Part shown: positions 11,124-21,975 of the stretch, one piece after another
Numbering within the stretch: position 1 is the stretch's first letter
Layout of the letters: each line of letters begins with the position of its first letter
Assembly: GCA_030295235.1 (NCBI GenBank)
Contig: AP026153.1
Location: 682,001 to 726,290, forward strand
Reading direction: 5' to 3'
Source of the DNA: Fistulifera solaris
Taxonomy: Eukaryota
DNA: 44,290 nucleotides
Program-made: the position numbers and the translations under genes
Notes under the pieces: generated by a model
Told to the model about the DNA's origin: nothing
Databases searched by the model: none
Seen by the model: the letters and a program-made list of their open reading frames with translations, nothing else

Positions 11124-12185
11124 ATGATGTCTCTTACAATGCTCAAACACGGTGCCCGTCTGCTGTCAGGCTTACAACAAGCGCAGAAGCAAAGCGTATG
11201 CTGGGCTAGTACATTGATTGTTGCCGATCCAGGGCCGTCGGCTCCGGCTTGTGCTGCTGTGACCGCGGCGAAGCAGTTAAACGCCGACGATACGATCGAT
11301 CTCGTATTTGTGGGAACACAAGCTCCTCAGGAAGTACCTTCAGGTGTTAATTCTGTATTCTTTTACAAATCCGCGGAAACGCCGACCGCGGAAACCGTTG
11401 CGGCGTGTGTCGCCGATGCCGCCAGCGGATACGACCGCATTATAGGGACATCAACCAAATTTGGAGCCACCGTGTTACCTCGTCTTGCAGCACTGGTCAA
11501 CGCGAGTCCTGTGACAGATATTACGAGTGTGATTGACTCATCGACTGTGATGAGACCCTTGTATGCAGGAAACGCCTTGGCGAAAATACAAATCGGGTCG
11601 GAATTACCGCAAGTCCTTTCGTTTCGGCCGACGTCCTTTGACAAGGTACCCACAGAGGCTGTGAAAAATATGACAGAGAAACCCGCTATTGTGTTTGAAG
11701 GATCGAAATGGGAGGGTGAGAACGTCAGCAAAAGTGAACGCCCTGACTTGCAAAGTGCGGCAGTGGTCGTCAGTGGAGGCCGTGGTATGGGCAGTGGCGA
11801 AAACTTTAGTTTGCTGGAAGAACTAGCAGATGCTTTGGGAGGCGGCGCCGTAGGAGCGAGTCGTGCTGCGGTCGATGCCGGCATGGTACCGAATGATATG
11901 CAAGTTGGTCAGGTACGTTCGATTTGCAGTGCTGTGTTGCTCATGTTTCTTGAATTCATGACTCACCGTTTACTTTTGTAGACTGGCAAAGTTGTTGCTC
12001 CCAAATTGTACGTTGCTGTTGGTATTTCCGGTGCCATTCAACATTTGTCGGGCATGAAAGACAGTAAAACAATTGTTGCCATCAACAAGGACCCCGAAGC
12101 TCCTATCTTTCAAGTAGCGGATTACGGATTAGTGGGCGATTTGTTTACGATTGTGCCGGAAATGACGCAGAAAGTCAAGTCGTGA
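11124..12185 (+). CDS. ETFA: Electron transfer flavoprotein alpha subunit, mitochondrial (exons 11124-11912, 11982-12185; 330 aa)
   Basis: Motifs [19 protein letters not shown] and [17 protein letters not shown] intron at 11913-11981 joins [53 protein letters not shown]. Confidence 0.97.
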
Positions 12186-12187
12186 TC

Positions 12188-12248
12188 AATAAACGAGTGT
12201 AAAGAGAGACAGATGGATAAATAAACGAGTGTAAAGAGAGACAGATGG
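12188..12248. repeat. Exact 29-bp direct repeat (32-bp period) between the convergent ETFA and bL35 3' ends
   Basis: AATAAACGAGTGTAAAGAGAGACAGATGG at 12188-12216 and 12220-12248. Confidence 0.95.
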
Positions 12249-12314
12249 TTTGATTAAAAACGAAGTCAAATGATCGTAGAAACTAATGTTATCAAGATGC
12301 GATAGTTTTTCAAT

Positions 12315-12673
12315 CTATATAAGCCGTTGCAATTTCTTTTCCATTTTCGGTTCCTTAATCGACGTCGATTGACCCAATCGATTCGAGCGGGAGCGTGATT
12401 TGTATCCAGTGTTGTGCTGATGGCCTGCTTTGTTTCTGAATAATAAGTAGATAGAGAAACGTGAGTGAATGTACAGGCTGCAAGCTCTGCGAGGATGCAT
12501 TTCTTAACAATCATAACGTACCGAATCAGGCTACCATTTCCTCGCACACGAAAACGTCGCGCGACGCTGCGATTTGTTTTTAAAGTATGTTTCGCTCTTG
12601 TCCAGAGAAAGAGAGAAGGACGAAAGAGTGTGGGGGCGACCCAGTGGGACATTTGCGTGAATAAAGCATTCAT
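12315..12673 (-). CDS. MRPL35: Mitochondrial ribosomal protein bL35 (exons 12673-12522, 12435-12315; 90 aa)
   Basis: Presequence followed by LKTNRSVARRFRVRGNGSLIR|NKAGHQHNTGYKSRSRSNRL, matching the bL35 pattern KT..svakRF..tg.G...r.kag..H. GT-AG intron at 12521-12436. Confidence 0.9.
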
Positions 12674-13160
12674 TTCTCGACTATTTCCTATACTAGGACT
12701 TGCTTATAGAGAAGGAAAGCGCGGCAAGTTACGTTCCAGAGGAATTTGTGAACAAAAGAAACATAGATAGCAACAGATGAAACATTCAGTGGCTCGTTGC
12801 GTCTTTAATCATCCCATCGCCATCGTCGCATCGTCGTCGCGTGTATTTGTTGTTGCGAGAGTTTTTGGGTCGCGTGTCGATCGGATGACGGACGTGCGAT
12901 GGGCGAACTGGACAACGGTGCGACAAAAAACAGGATGACGTAATGAGAACGTCTCGATGCACTTTCGACCACCCAAAACACGAAATCACACGTTTCATCG
13001 GAAAAAGCCGATGGCTATCATGCAATTCATTCAATAAACCATTCGGATTTGACATTCTTTGCTTCGTCGATCAAGCTTGACCTATTTCATAAAAATCACC
13101 AGAGATTATTCACCGCAAGTCAAACTGAAATAGAATAGCCGAGACTAGCAAGAAATCAAA

Positions 13161-14455
13161 ATGACAATCCTTGCTACAATGTTATCCAATCAAAGCGCAC
13201 ATGACGACGACACGTGCGAAAAACTATTGAGAGAATGTGAAATGTTTCACAAAGTGCAACCCAAACACCTATCGGCAATTGCACAGCTGATGGACTACAA
13301 AGTTCTTACGAAAGGACAAGTCCTTTTGCAACAAGATCAACCGAGTGATCGCTTCTTTCTTCTAGAAAGCGGTAATATCAAGCGCAAGCGTGTGGACGGT
13401 GATGGGAAAACACACAACGTTGAGTTTGCCATTAAAGCGAAAAGTATCAATTCGATGCGCATTATTTCCGGCGAACCAAGTTTCTCGACGGTGACTTGCA
13501 CCTCGGCGGAGTGTCATTTATTTGAAATGAAACGAGAACGATTCCTCAACATGCTGCAGGAAAAGCCAGAACTATCCGTGCAAATTGCCGAAGGTCTTTG
13601 CGAAGAATTACGAAAGGGCAGTAAGAAGTATTCGACACCCATGTTGGAGCAAACACAAACCGAAGTCAACTTGTCGGCTGTTTCCATTGCGGCGGGTATT
13701 GAATCCTACTATCGGTCCGCTTTGAACGCAAAAATCAATCAAAGTTTGACCGGCGTCAAAGCGTCCTACTTTCCCAACATGCACATCCAAGTACCCACAC
13801 GTATTACCTACATCTGTGGTTTCAAGTTGTTGCGTTCCTATTTCGATCAAAATGTGCAACCCGAAGCATACAACAACAATGAAACCGCGGTCCGTCTCGG
13901 AACAGCTGTTGCACCCGGTATCATCATGACACCCGTCAGTAGTATCCTAGAAGCGACCAATGCGGGGCACTTGAATCCCGAACCCATGCACACGAGGTGG
14001 ATGCGGGTATTGTACCCCGTGCGGGGCGTGAGATCATCTTCGGTGTTGGATTGAATCAAATGTCCGACTACTTTCAAGAACGACTCGAGCCACTGACAGG
14101 GAACAATCCCATGCTCGCCAACGCTCTGGGGAGTTTGTCGGCGGGTGTCGTGTCCGGTTATCTCAGCCATGTGCCGCACAATCTTTCGACCTTAAAATTG
14201 CTCGACCCCACAGCGTCATATGGGCAGTTGTACGCTAAATTCGTGCAAACCAGTGTTCCGCCTTCCGTAGAACACATTATTGCCCATTGGCCCGCACAGA
14301 CTTTAGTACGCTCGGTCTTGGCGACGCTATGGCCACGAGGAGTCATGGTACGGACGGCGCAGATTGTGGGTTCGTTTATCATCTTGAATGGAACCATCAA
14401 CTACTTGCAACTCAAGGAGCATTTGAAGATTCAACGCGCCATTGGAGCCGTATAG
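13161..14455 (+). CDS. cNMP-binding (CAP_ED-like) domain fused to a divergent mitochondrial-carrier-like membrane domain; about 431 aa after restoring one G at 14005-14007
   Basis: The N-terminal region LLRECEMFHKV...LTKGQVLLQQDQPSDRFFLLESGNI...TVTCTSAECHLFEMKRERFLNML follows the cNMP-fold pattern. The two ORF-track frames join as RWMRGIVPRAGREIIFGVG. The C-terminal part has several hydrophobic helices. Confidence 0.75.
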
Positions 14456-14567
14456 TGCGAAAATCTAACAAAAAGTCTCAAATACATGGTACTTTGTTTA
14501 GTTTAGGGCGTTGTACTAGACCTATGAATCTAAAAACTTGGCGCAATGTCATTCGTTTGATTTGCAA

Positions 14568-14669
14568 ACAGAGATTCTGCGGTAGTTCCAGAAATTCTGG
14601 AAACGGTGTTTTGGGTCATACAGAGACTTTGTGGTCGTTCCAGAAATTCTGGAATCATCGGTGTTTTGG
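14568..14669. repeat. About 52-bp imperfect tandem duplication; each copy carries the palindrome TTCCAGAAATTCTGGAA (HSE-like)
   Basis: Palindrome at 14586-14602 and 14638-14654. The flanks ACAGAGA and CGGTGTTTTGG are also duplicated. Confidence 0.85.
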
Positions 14670-14863
14670 CTCGTCCTCGTTACCTGCGGTACCTGGTACT
14701 TGGTATTCGCTGTTACAAGCTTTTCATTCATTCCTTACCAGGTATATTTGAAACAATATTAAGATAGACAATGAAAGCTTCAAGATGAGTGTGCTAATGA
14801 TCTCAATACGACAAGAAACTGCTATGTACGTGCTATTTCTGCATCTCTGGTGTCCCAAAAAGA

Positions 14864-16909
14864 ATGAGCAATATCTCGTCGCTTCTCGGCGCTTCTCATC
14901 GTCTCAATCTCTTTGTCGCACAGGAAACAAGCGCGAGATACTTTACGAGTTCAAAGAATGTGACGACTACATCATCAACGGCATGTTTCGTCGTCGTCTT
15001 CATCCGCATTCAATCGATAAGCTCGCTTTCATTTCCTCTGCATTTCTCATCTCCTTCTTCAGGGCGCACTACTTCGAGTGTACGATTCATGAATCTGTTC
15101 GATTTCATGATCATTCATTTCCGCCACCATTACAGGAAGAAGAAGCTTAACTATATAAAGAATCGAACGATTTTGATTCAAGTCCACGGGGGCGACTCGA
15201 CGATAGACGCGTTTTTTGTTACAAAGTGATGATGGATTGGAAGAAAGTGACACCAATTGTAGTCTCAGTGACGAAGAAGATGAAAACGACAGACGGCTGT
15301 GACGGCAGTTTATCGTAGGAGGTGCGAAATAGGAATTGTCATTGACGCTACAAAGGTAGCAACACGACTAATGTCCGATACACGGCCTGTGGATGACGAG
15401 GATGCGGCTGTCGCATACACGGATCCTTCACAGAGTGCGCATAAACCGGCAACTGGGGGACATGGCGGAGGAGGACAGGGTGGAGCTGGAGGCTCCGCCG
15501 CACAGTAAGTCTTTTCAGGGTGTTGTGCTATGTGTCGAATGATCTTCCTTTTTGAGACAATGAACTATTTACATTACGCTCGTCGACAGAGTGGCCGTAT
15601 TACAGCAAATGGCGATTAGTGCTGCTTCAAACGTAGGAACAGCAGCAGCGATGACGAGTGCTGGAGTTGCGGCAGGAGTTGCTAGAGGTGCAGCCATTAC
15701 CACCTCGATCATCGCTACGGCTGTTTCGGTAGCCGTAGTGGCATCCGCTGTGGCCAGTGCACCAGTCGAGTCAACAATCGTGCCACGCCCGACAAACTAT
15801 TACATACGGAAGACAGTACTGCGACTTCGTCAGCGACTTGTCTCATTTGAATGGAAATCAAGCAGATCAACTAATCGTTGGATGGGAAGACTTCTTTAAA
15901 GATGTACTCGGCAGTGATAGTATATTCTCACGAGTGGCTATGAATTGTTCAACTCCGGAATCGGGTGTTGACCCTTCTTTGCGAGCTTTCAATCACGGCA
16001 GAATATAGAACCACGTTGCAGTTTCTGTTTCCATGTAATGTTCATTGCGAGGGATGCCTTGAGGACGAGCCATTTTTGTGGATGGGACGTGCACGTCGGG
16101 GCTTGGAAGTATCAAACAACCATCGGTGGGTACAAACTGTAGCGAAATCAAAGGTTGCTGCACGAGCAGGTGAGGGGGTGAAGGATACAGTTTGTACCGA
16201 GGCTGCCCCTGCGTCGAATTGTGGATTGGCCAAAATAACAACATTTGACCAAGAAGGCAATCAACCATGGGAAATGTATGGACTTGAATTGCCGTAAGAG
16301 CTTCATCCTGCTGTGCCAGCAAGTGGGAATCAGTCTTCGTCGCCAAGTCCATCATGAGTTTTAACACCCAGTCCCCATCTACACGTTCATTTACACATTA
16401 GACCTATGTTCCCAGCGTTGTCATCGAACTTACACCGCTCGTGGAATTTACAGATGAGCCAATACAGCCGCAACCGCCAGAAACTTCAGCGAGCACCTTT
16501 ACGATTATGCCATCTGGCTTATCGGCGACTTATTTAACAGACATTTCCACAACTGCCCCATTCATGGTAACAAATCCAGCAATAACGCTTGATCCCACCT
16601 GTCCAGTTGCCCGTTCTACCAGCTCTTATCATGGACCCGGCGCTACCAGTCGAGATTGAACCTATTTCGTCTCCTGTAATTGAACCATCTATTCCATCGT
16701 CGACTGTACCGAATTCATCTCCTATCCGTGTGCCATTTGAACCAACCCAAGCTGCACCGATACTATTTCCTATCAGTGATTTAGTTGTGCCTACACCAGC
16801 TGAACCCATATCATCTCCTGTAAGCGAACCATTGGTGCCAACATCAACTGCTCCGATATCAACCCCCTATCGGCGAGCCATCTATTCCATCATCGAACGC
16901 ACCTTATGA
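14864..16909 (+). pseudogene. Decayed gene for a membrane-anchored protein with a Cys-containing ectodomain and P/S/T-rich stalk
   Basis: A GTAAGT..CAG intron at 15505-15589 joins GGSAAQ|VAVLQQ in frame. Hydrophobic IIATAVSVAVVASAVA, CNVHCEGCLEDEPF and EPISSPV.EP repeats are spread over several frames. In-frame stops occur (e.g. CCG TAA at 16295). The 5' boundary is uncertain. Confidence 0.6.
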
Positions 16910-17433
16910 AGCTCCGGTGATATTACATTCAACTGGCGAAGTACGAAGGCATGACCCATCTCTTGTAAAAAATCTTTTACTGGTTAGCAACAATTACCTT
17001 AGCTCTCCCCTTAGCAAACTATTAAGTTCAAACGAGGACCGAACGCAGCCGCAGACATTTGAGGCTATACTGATTACGAACGAATCGGTCAGGCAACATT
17101 TCACCGTAAACTCTCGAGACTATCCCTGCAGTTGATGCGAAAAAGGGTTTGATTGTCTTTCATAATTTAATCAATAGGACGAGCTGAAGTGAATGATCAC
17201 ACTCAAAATATCGTGAGTCAAATTAGTCGTGGAAAAGTTGAGTTACACTTTGATTGACTGTCAGTTCGTGATTCGTTGGATCTATAAAATTATTGTGATG
17301 AGCGAGCGCGATCAAAATAAAACATAAAAAAAAGGTGATTGTCACATTTTCTTCCAACGAACAACGATTCTTCTGCTTGAAATTGAGTTATAATTAGCAG
17401 CAACACAAAACGACCAACTGATATGGAGAAGCG

Positions 17434-18165
17434 ATGATAATAGCTTTTACGAATTATGCGACATGCTTCATCGGCATTACAATTTTGATGAAAACAACGC
17501 TCACAAACGGTCAATGTTCTTTGTGTGCAGGAGGGCCGCCCCTCCCAACCCAAGCAAACTTCTCATCAGCTCAGATAACACAACATGCAAGTCTCTAGCT
17601 GTGGAAGCTGCCGAGTCGAACAGCACGATTGGTGACGAGGTCTGCAATGAATATTTGTTGATTGGGTTGACAGAGTGTGATTGCCCGAGAGAAGGACTAT
17701 GCACTCTATGCGAGGAGGAGGGCGGTGCTATCTTTGAACCTAACAAAACTATTTCATTCGACTATACGTGCTCGGACTTGGTGCTGGAGGCTCTCCTGGA
17801 ATCAAAAGAATCCGCGACTTGTCAAAATTGGAGAGCGACGGCCGGTGTTTATTGTGGATGCACAAACCCCGTCGCAGCTACTGGATACTGTCGTCTTTGT
17901 GGGGAAGAAAAGCTACTCCCAGAACCGTCACGACCGGCAGGGGCCAACCCTAGAACTACATGCATGACGGTGGAATTCAATGAAGCAGGTTTATCGTGTG
18001 ACGTGTTGCAATCTACGTACGCAGACCTTTGCTGCGATACAAGCGACACAGGCGTCAGCGATGCACCAAGTCTCGCGCCTACTCTCAGTGAAACATCCAA
18101 AGCCTCCAATCTTTTCTTTTTTCGGACTTTCATCAATAGCATTCGCTCTCAGCTTTTCGGTCTAG
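17434..18165 (+). CDS. Cys-rich secreted, probably GPI-anchored surface protein, paralog 1 (homopolymer frameshifts near 17533 and 18120)
   Basis: MIIAFTNYATCFIGITILMKTTLTNG-QCSLCAGG continues into the 257-aa frame if one G is added. Three CxxC...C...C...CxC/CC modules. Removing one T gives the hydrophobic tail SNLFFFGLSSIAFALSFSV*; the uncorrected frame ends at 18236. Confidence 0.7.
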
Positions 18166-18556
18166 CTGAGATAGTGGTGGCATCGCAAATGGCAATAATT
18201 CATACTTTCCCATACCTTCAACAACACTTTTCATAGACGTTTTTAAGTTCAAGCGTGTTAGTTTTGTTGTATTCTTCCGCCTTTAAGTTAGTGAGACGGC
18301 GGATGTTTGGAGTAGTTTTGGTTGACGCGGTCCTCTCTAGCTTTCATAATCGCTTTGTGTCGCTGCGGTTCACAGTTTACGACCGTTGGCGCTTCCAGTG
18401 AACCAAAATTTCATTCACTGTAGCTAGAGGAGTAGGCTTGTCCTCTAATTACTAAAGTACATGCATGACAAACGCACACGACCGCGACCTCGACCACTTT
18501 TTCCTTATTTTTCTCTTATGGAACTATCGGACTGCTTGTTAAGAATGAAGCGGACC

Positions 18557-19776
18557 ATGAGATATCGAGCATCATCGTTATTGATCTTCTTTTCCCATTT
18601 AACACTTTGGTTCTCAGCAGTTTACGGACAGTGCACATTCTGTCCGGATGGGTCGGAGCCTCCGTATCCTCAACTTGTCATTGAAGAGCTTGATTTACCC
18701 TGTGGATTCCTTGCCAGACGAGCTAGTTCACTAACCATCGATAACACGAATCCAGGCATTTGTGCGGAATATGCTGTGCTTGCTATAATGTGTGGCTGTC
18801 CTCAACCCGATGATGCATGCACGTTGTGCGAAGACAGACGCCAAGTGCCCAGCAAAGGGTTGAGCATCGGACCGAATGCGTGCGATCAACTGGAGTTGGA
18901 AGGAAGTATTCAGTCAAGTACAAGTTGGAAGTTGTGTCCTGCTTGGCGAGCTACTTATGGTAAGTAGTTGACAGGAATTATTCGTTAGGAACTGGCCTGA
19001 AAGCTCGTCTCATAATTATCGATCGTTCTCCAGGTGTCTATTGTGGATGTGACAATCCCATATCCTCACAAACACACTGTCGAATTTGTGGAGATCAAAT
19101 GCTTCCTGATCCCAATGTCGTCGTGGATATCGACGATTTGGGTTTTGAAATCACATGTGCTGATGTCGAGTTAAATGAAGAGAATTTGTCGTGCGATGTG
19201 GTTCAATCCACATATTCGTCAATTTGCTGTGCAGCGGTATCCATACAGCGGAATGAAACTTTGGACGAGGATGAAGTTGCAACAGGTGAGAATAAGACAG
19301 TGAGAGAAATGAATGAGACCATAGAGGAGGTCATTGACGACAATTCAACGGATGTTGATTCGAGTGGAACGGTGGGGTAACGAAAACGACACGACAATCG
19401 ATAATACTGAAAATTCAACAGGTGTTAATGCAAACAAAACGATGAATGAACCAGCCGATGACGCTTCTACCCAGAATACTACGATAAGCGACACGTCCGA
19501 GACAACAGATGACACCTCTGCTGAACAAACAACCGGAGTCGATTTGAACGATACCTCAGGGAAGGAGGATGAAAACGCCGTTGATGATACTACGGTGCCA
19601 GATTCAAACGAGACGACTGCGAATACAAGTGATTCAGAAGATACAGGAGATGCAGCAGCGCCGGTAGCGATTTAGGACAACCTGTCATGGCTCCTGACGA
19701 TGTGTCTTCCCTAGCATCGTCTGCTAACACTGGTGGAATGTATTCGTCGCTTCATTTGGCAGTTGTAATCGGGTGA
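18557..19776 (+). CDS. Cys-rich secreted, probably GPI-anchored surface protein, paralog 2, with an acidic D/T/N-rich stalk (intron 18960-19033; frameshifts near 19375 and 19657)
   Basis: Signal peptide ...LWFSAVYG-QCTFCPDG. WRATYG|VYCGCDNP matches paralog 1 WRATAGVYCGCTNP, and LSCDVVQSTYSSICC matches LSCDVLQSTYADLCC. Many NxT sequons. The final frame reads SSLASSANTGGMYSSLHLAVVIG*. Confidence 0.72.
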
Positions 19777-20199
19777 TCATGTTCGTATGCCAGCAAGCCA
19801 CATGATGAAAAGAGCGGCTGGTAATTACACGTCGATCTCCACATCCTCGCGCGCAGAAAACAACCGGGGCACCCACGTCGTTTCTTCTTTACCATTGCAA
19901 TCGGTTTGCTTGAAGAACGCTGCACCGACCCGAGTTTCCGTGACTTTACCTTTTCCTTGGAACGCATAAGTGCAACAGCTAACAAGTCATTACATGGCGG
20001 CCGAGCGACATAATCGCTGTGCAATGATTGAGTCATTTTTCGAGATTGGATTTGAGATAGATCGTCAGTCAACTAGCGGTATGAGCAACTGAGGTTACTC
20101 GCGACAACTCGATTGAAATATCGTAATTTTAATTAAGTCAAGCTAGGAACTATTGCTGCGTATATCTATGCCAAGGTTACCGTCTAGATCACGACCGCA

Positions 20200-21420
20200 T
20201 TACACGCCCGCCAACTCGATCAGAGCAAAGCATTCGCCCACAAAGAAAGCCGTGACCATCCATCCCAAGGAAAGAAAGGGCAGAACAAGGACCCAATACC
20301 ACCAAGTCGCGGCGAGAACAGCACAGTATAGACCCGTCGCCATTACGTGGCCGGATTGTCCACACATGTAATGCAAGACGGAAATCATCGAAGGCAGGGC
20401 AACACGAGCAATCCCACAAGCCGCGCGGATACTGGCTGGTGCGATTCCGTGAGAGAAAAAGGCCGTTTGACTCAAGAACAGAACAACATCGTTCCACAGG
20501 TTGGGCAACGTATATCCCGTTGATCGACTGCCCAAAAGAAGTGTCGTGAGACACTGCCAAGCCGCAGTAAAAGCCATGCTAACAAGAATGTACCCCATCC
20601 ATAGAACGAGAAAGCTATTGTGCCACGGCCAAAGCAAGGACTGAACGACTTGTTGAGGCAGAAACGCGATGATACTGGACTGTAAGCTAATTGTCTCGTT
20701 GAGTGTCGCGGCCATGAGTAAGACTTGCTCAGGCCATGCCCAAAGAGAACCCGGCGGTGCCGTCAACACTTCCTGCCGTCTCCACCAGGGACGCACTTGC
20801 GGTGCACCCAAACGATGCAAATAAGCTGTTCGTGTCTCTGCTGCTGCCGCGCACAAAAGCGGAATCGCAGCGAGTCCCCGAATGGGAGGGATGTTATTAT
20901 TGTTGCTAGTGCCCGATGTTTGTGCCGTGGTTGCTGCATCTTGTACAGCCGTCGCTAACGCAGTTGTATTTCCGTAGACGCGAAGCTGTCGATCTGCTTC
21001 TTGGCAATAGAGTCGCATGGCTTCTTGCGGCGACATGCCGGATTTCGATCGCCACGCTTGATATTTTGCTTGATCGGAAGCTGGCGTTGAGTTTTCGAGT
21101 CCTGCCAAGCTGTGGGGCGCATCGCCTTGTACCGCTTGTTTGTGCAATGCGTAAAGTTCCAGACGATCTCGGTTCTGTTTGAGTTAAAAGCGAGGAAGAT
21201 AAAAAACGATTAAAACGAGAAAAGGTATGAGTGCAAAGTAAACACGGGTCTCAATAGGGCGGGAAACGGCTCGAAAAGATACACAATCGTAGTCGACGAA
21301 ACAAGAACGCACCGAAGGACTGCTTCCCGGTTTCCAGTTTTTCATGTATTGTGATTTTTGCCGAAATGCATTGATCCATTCATTATTGTTGTGTTCGTTG
21401 CTAGTTGATTCGTCGACCAT
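20200..21420 (-). CDS. Acyl-CoA-binding domain protein with a C-terminal multi-pass membrane region (exons 21420-21313, 21174-20200; 360 aa)
   Basis: Spliced PS|NRDRLELYALHKQAVQGD...AKYQAWRSKSGMSPQEAMRLY matches the ACBP signature (LxLYxxxKQA..GD; AKwxAW; AMxxY). GT-AG intron at 21312-21175. Hydrophobic helices near the C-terminus. Confidence 0.88.
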
Positions 21421-21975
21421 TTTTACTTGTTGTTACTTTTTAATTTCCTGATGTTTTATGATTGCTTTACCAATCCTTTAAACAGCCAAAAACAAAGAGA
21501 AATCACCCACGAGTGATGTTAAGTCAATAGAACGGCACCGGTTGCTGCAAATGGTATAATGGTATAATGTAATTGCAATAAGAATGCAAACAAAGAGGCA
21601 ACAAATAACAGGCGCAATAACAAACTTTCGCGCTCCTTTTTTTTGCTCGAAGCGCATCGTCACTCCGCGGATGATGCTGTCGTTTCACGTTTCATATTTA
21701 AAGTATCCCCCTCGCGAGACTACTCACCCGACCAAGGTAGCGCGTACTAGGATACCGGAGTGACGTTTCGTCGTTCTACTATGCGAACCCGCCCATTTTA
21801 ATTGTCTCACTTTTTCGTTGTCGTTCATCTTCAAGGAAGGCAATCGAAGATACTTCGTGAATATTCTATCAATGAAATCGCAATCTCAATCAGTATCCGA
21901 GTACAGCGAGTAGATAATGACATCGTATCAACGCTTCGCATCCATCGCCGCTTATTGTATCCTTATGACATAACC

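Noticed and set aside
14568..14669. Mini CRISPR-like array (palindromic repeat plus spacer)
   Set aside because: Only two units, the flanks are duplicated too, there are no cas genes, and the context is eukaryotic.
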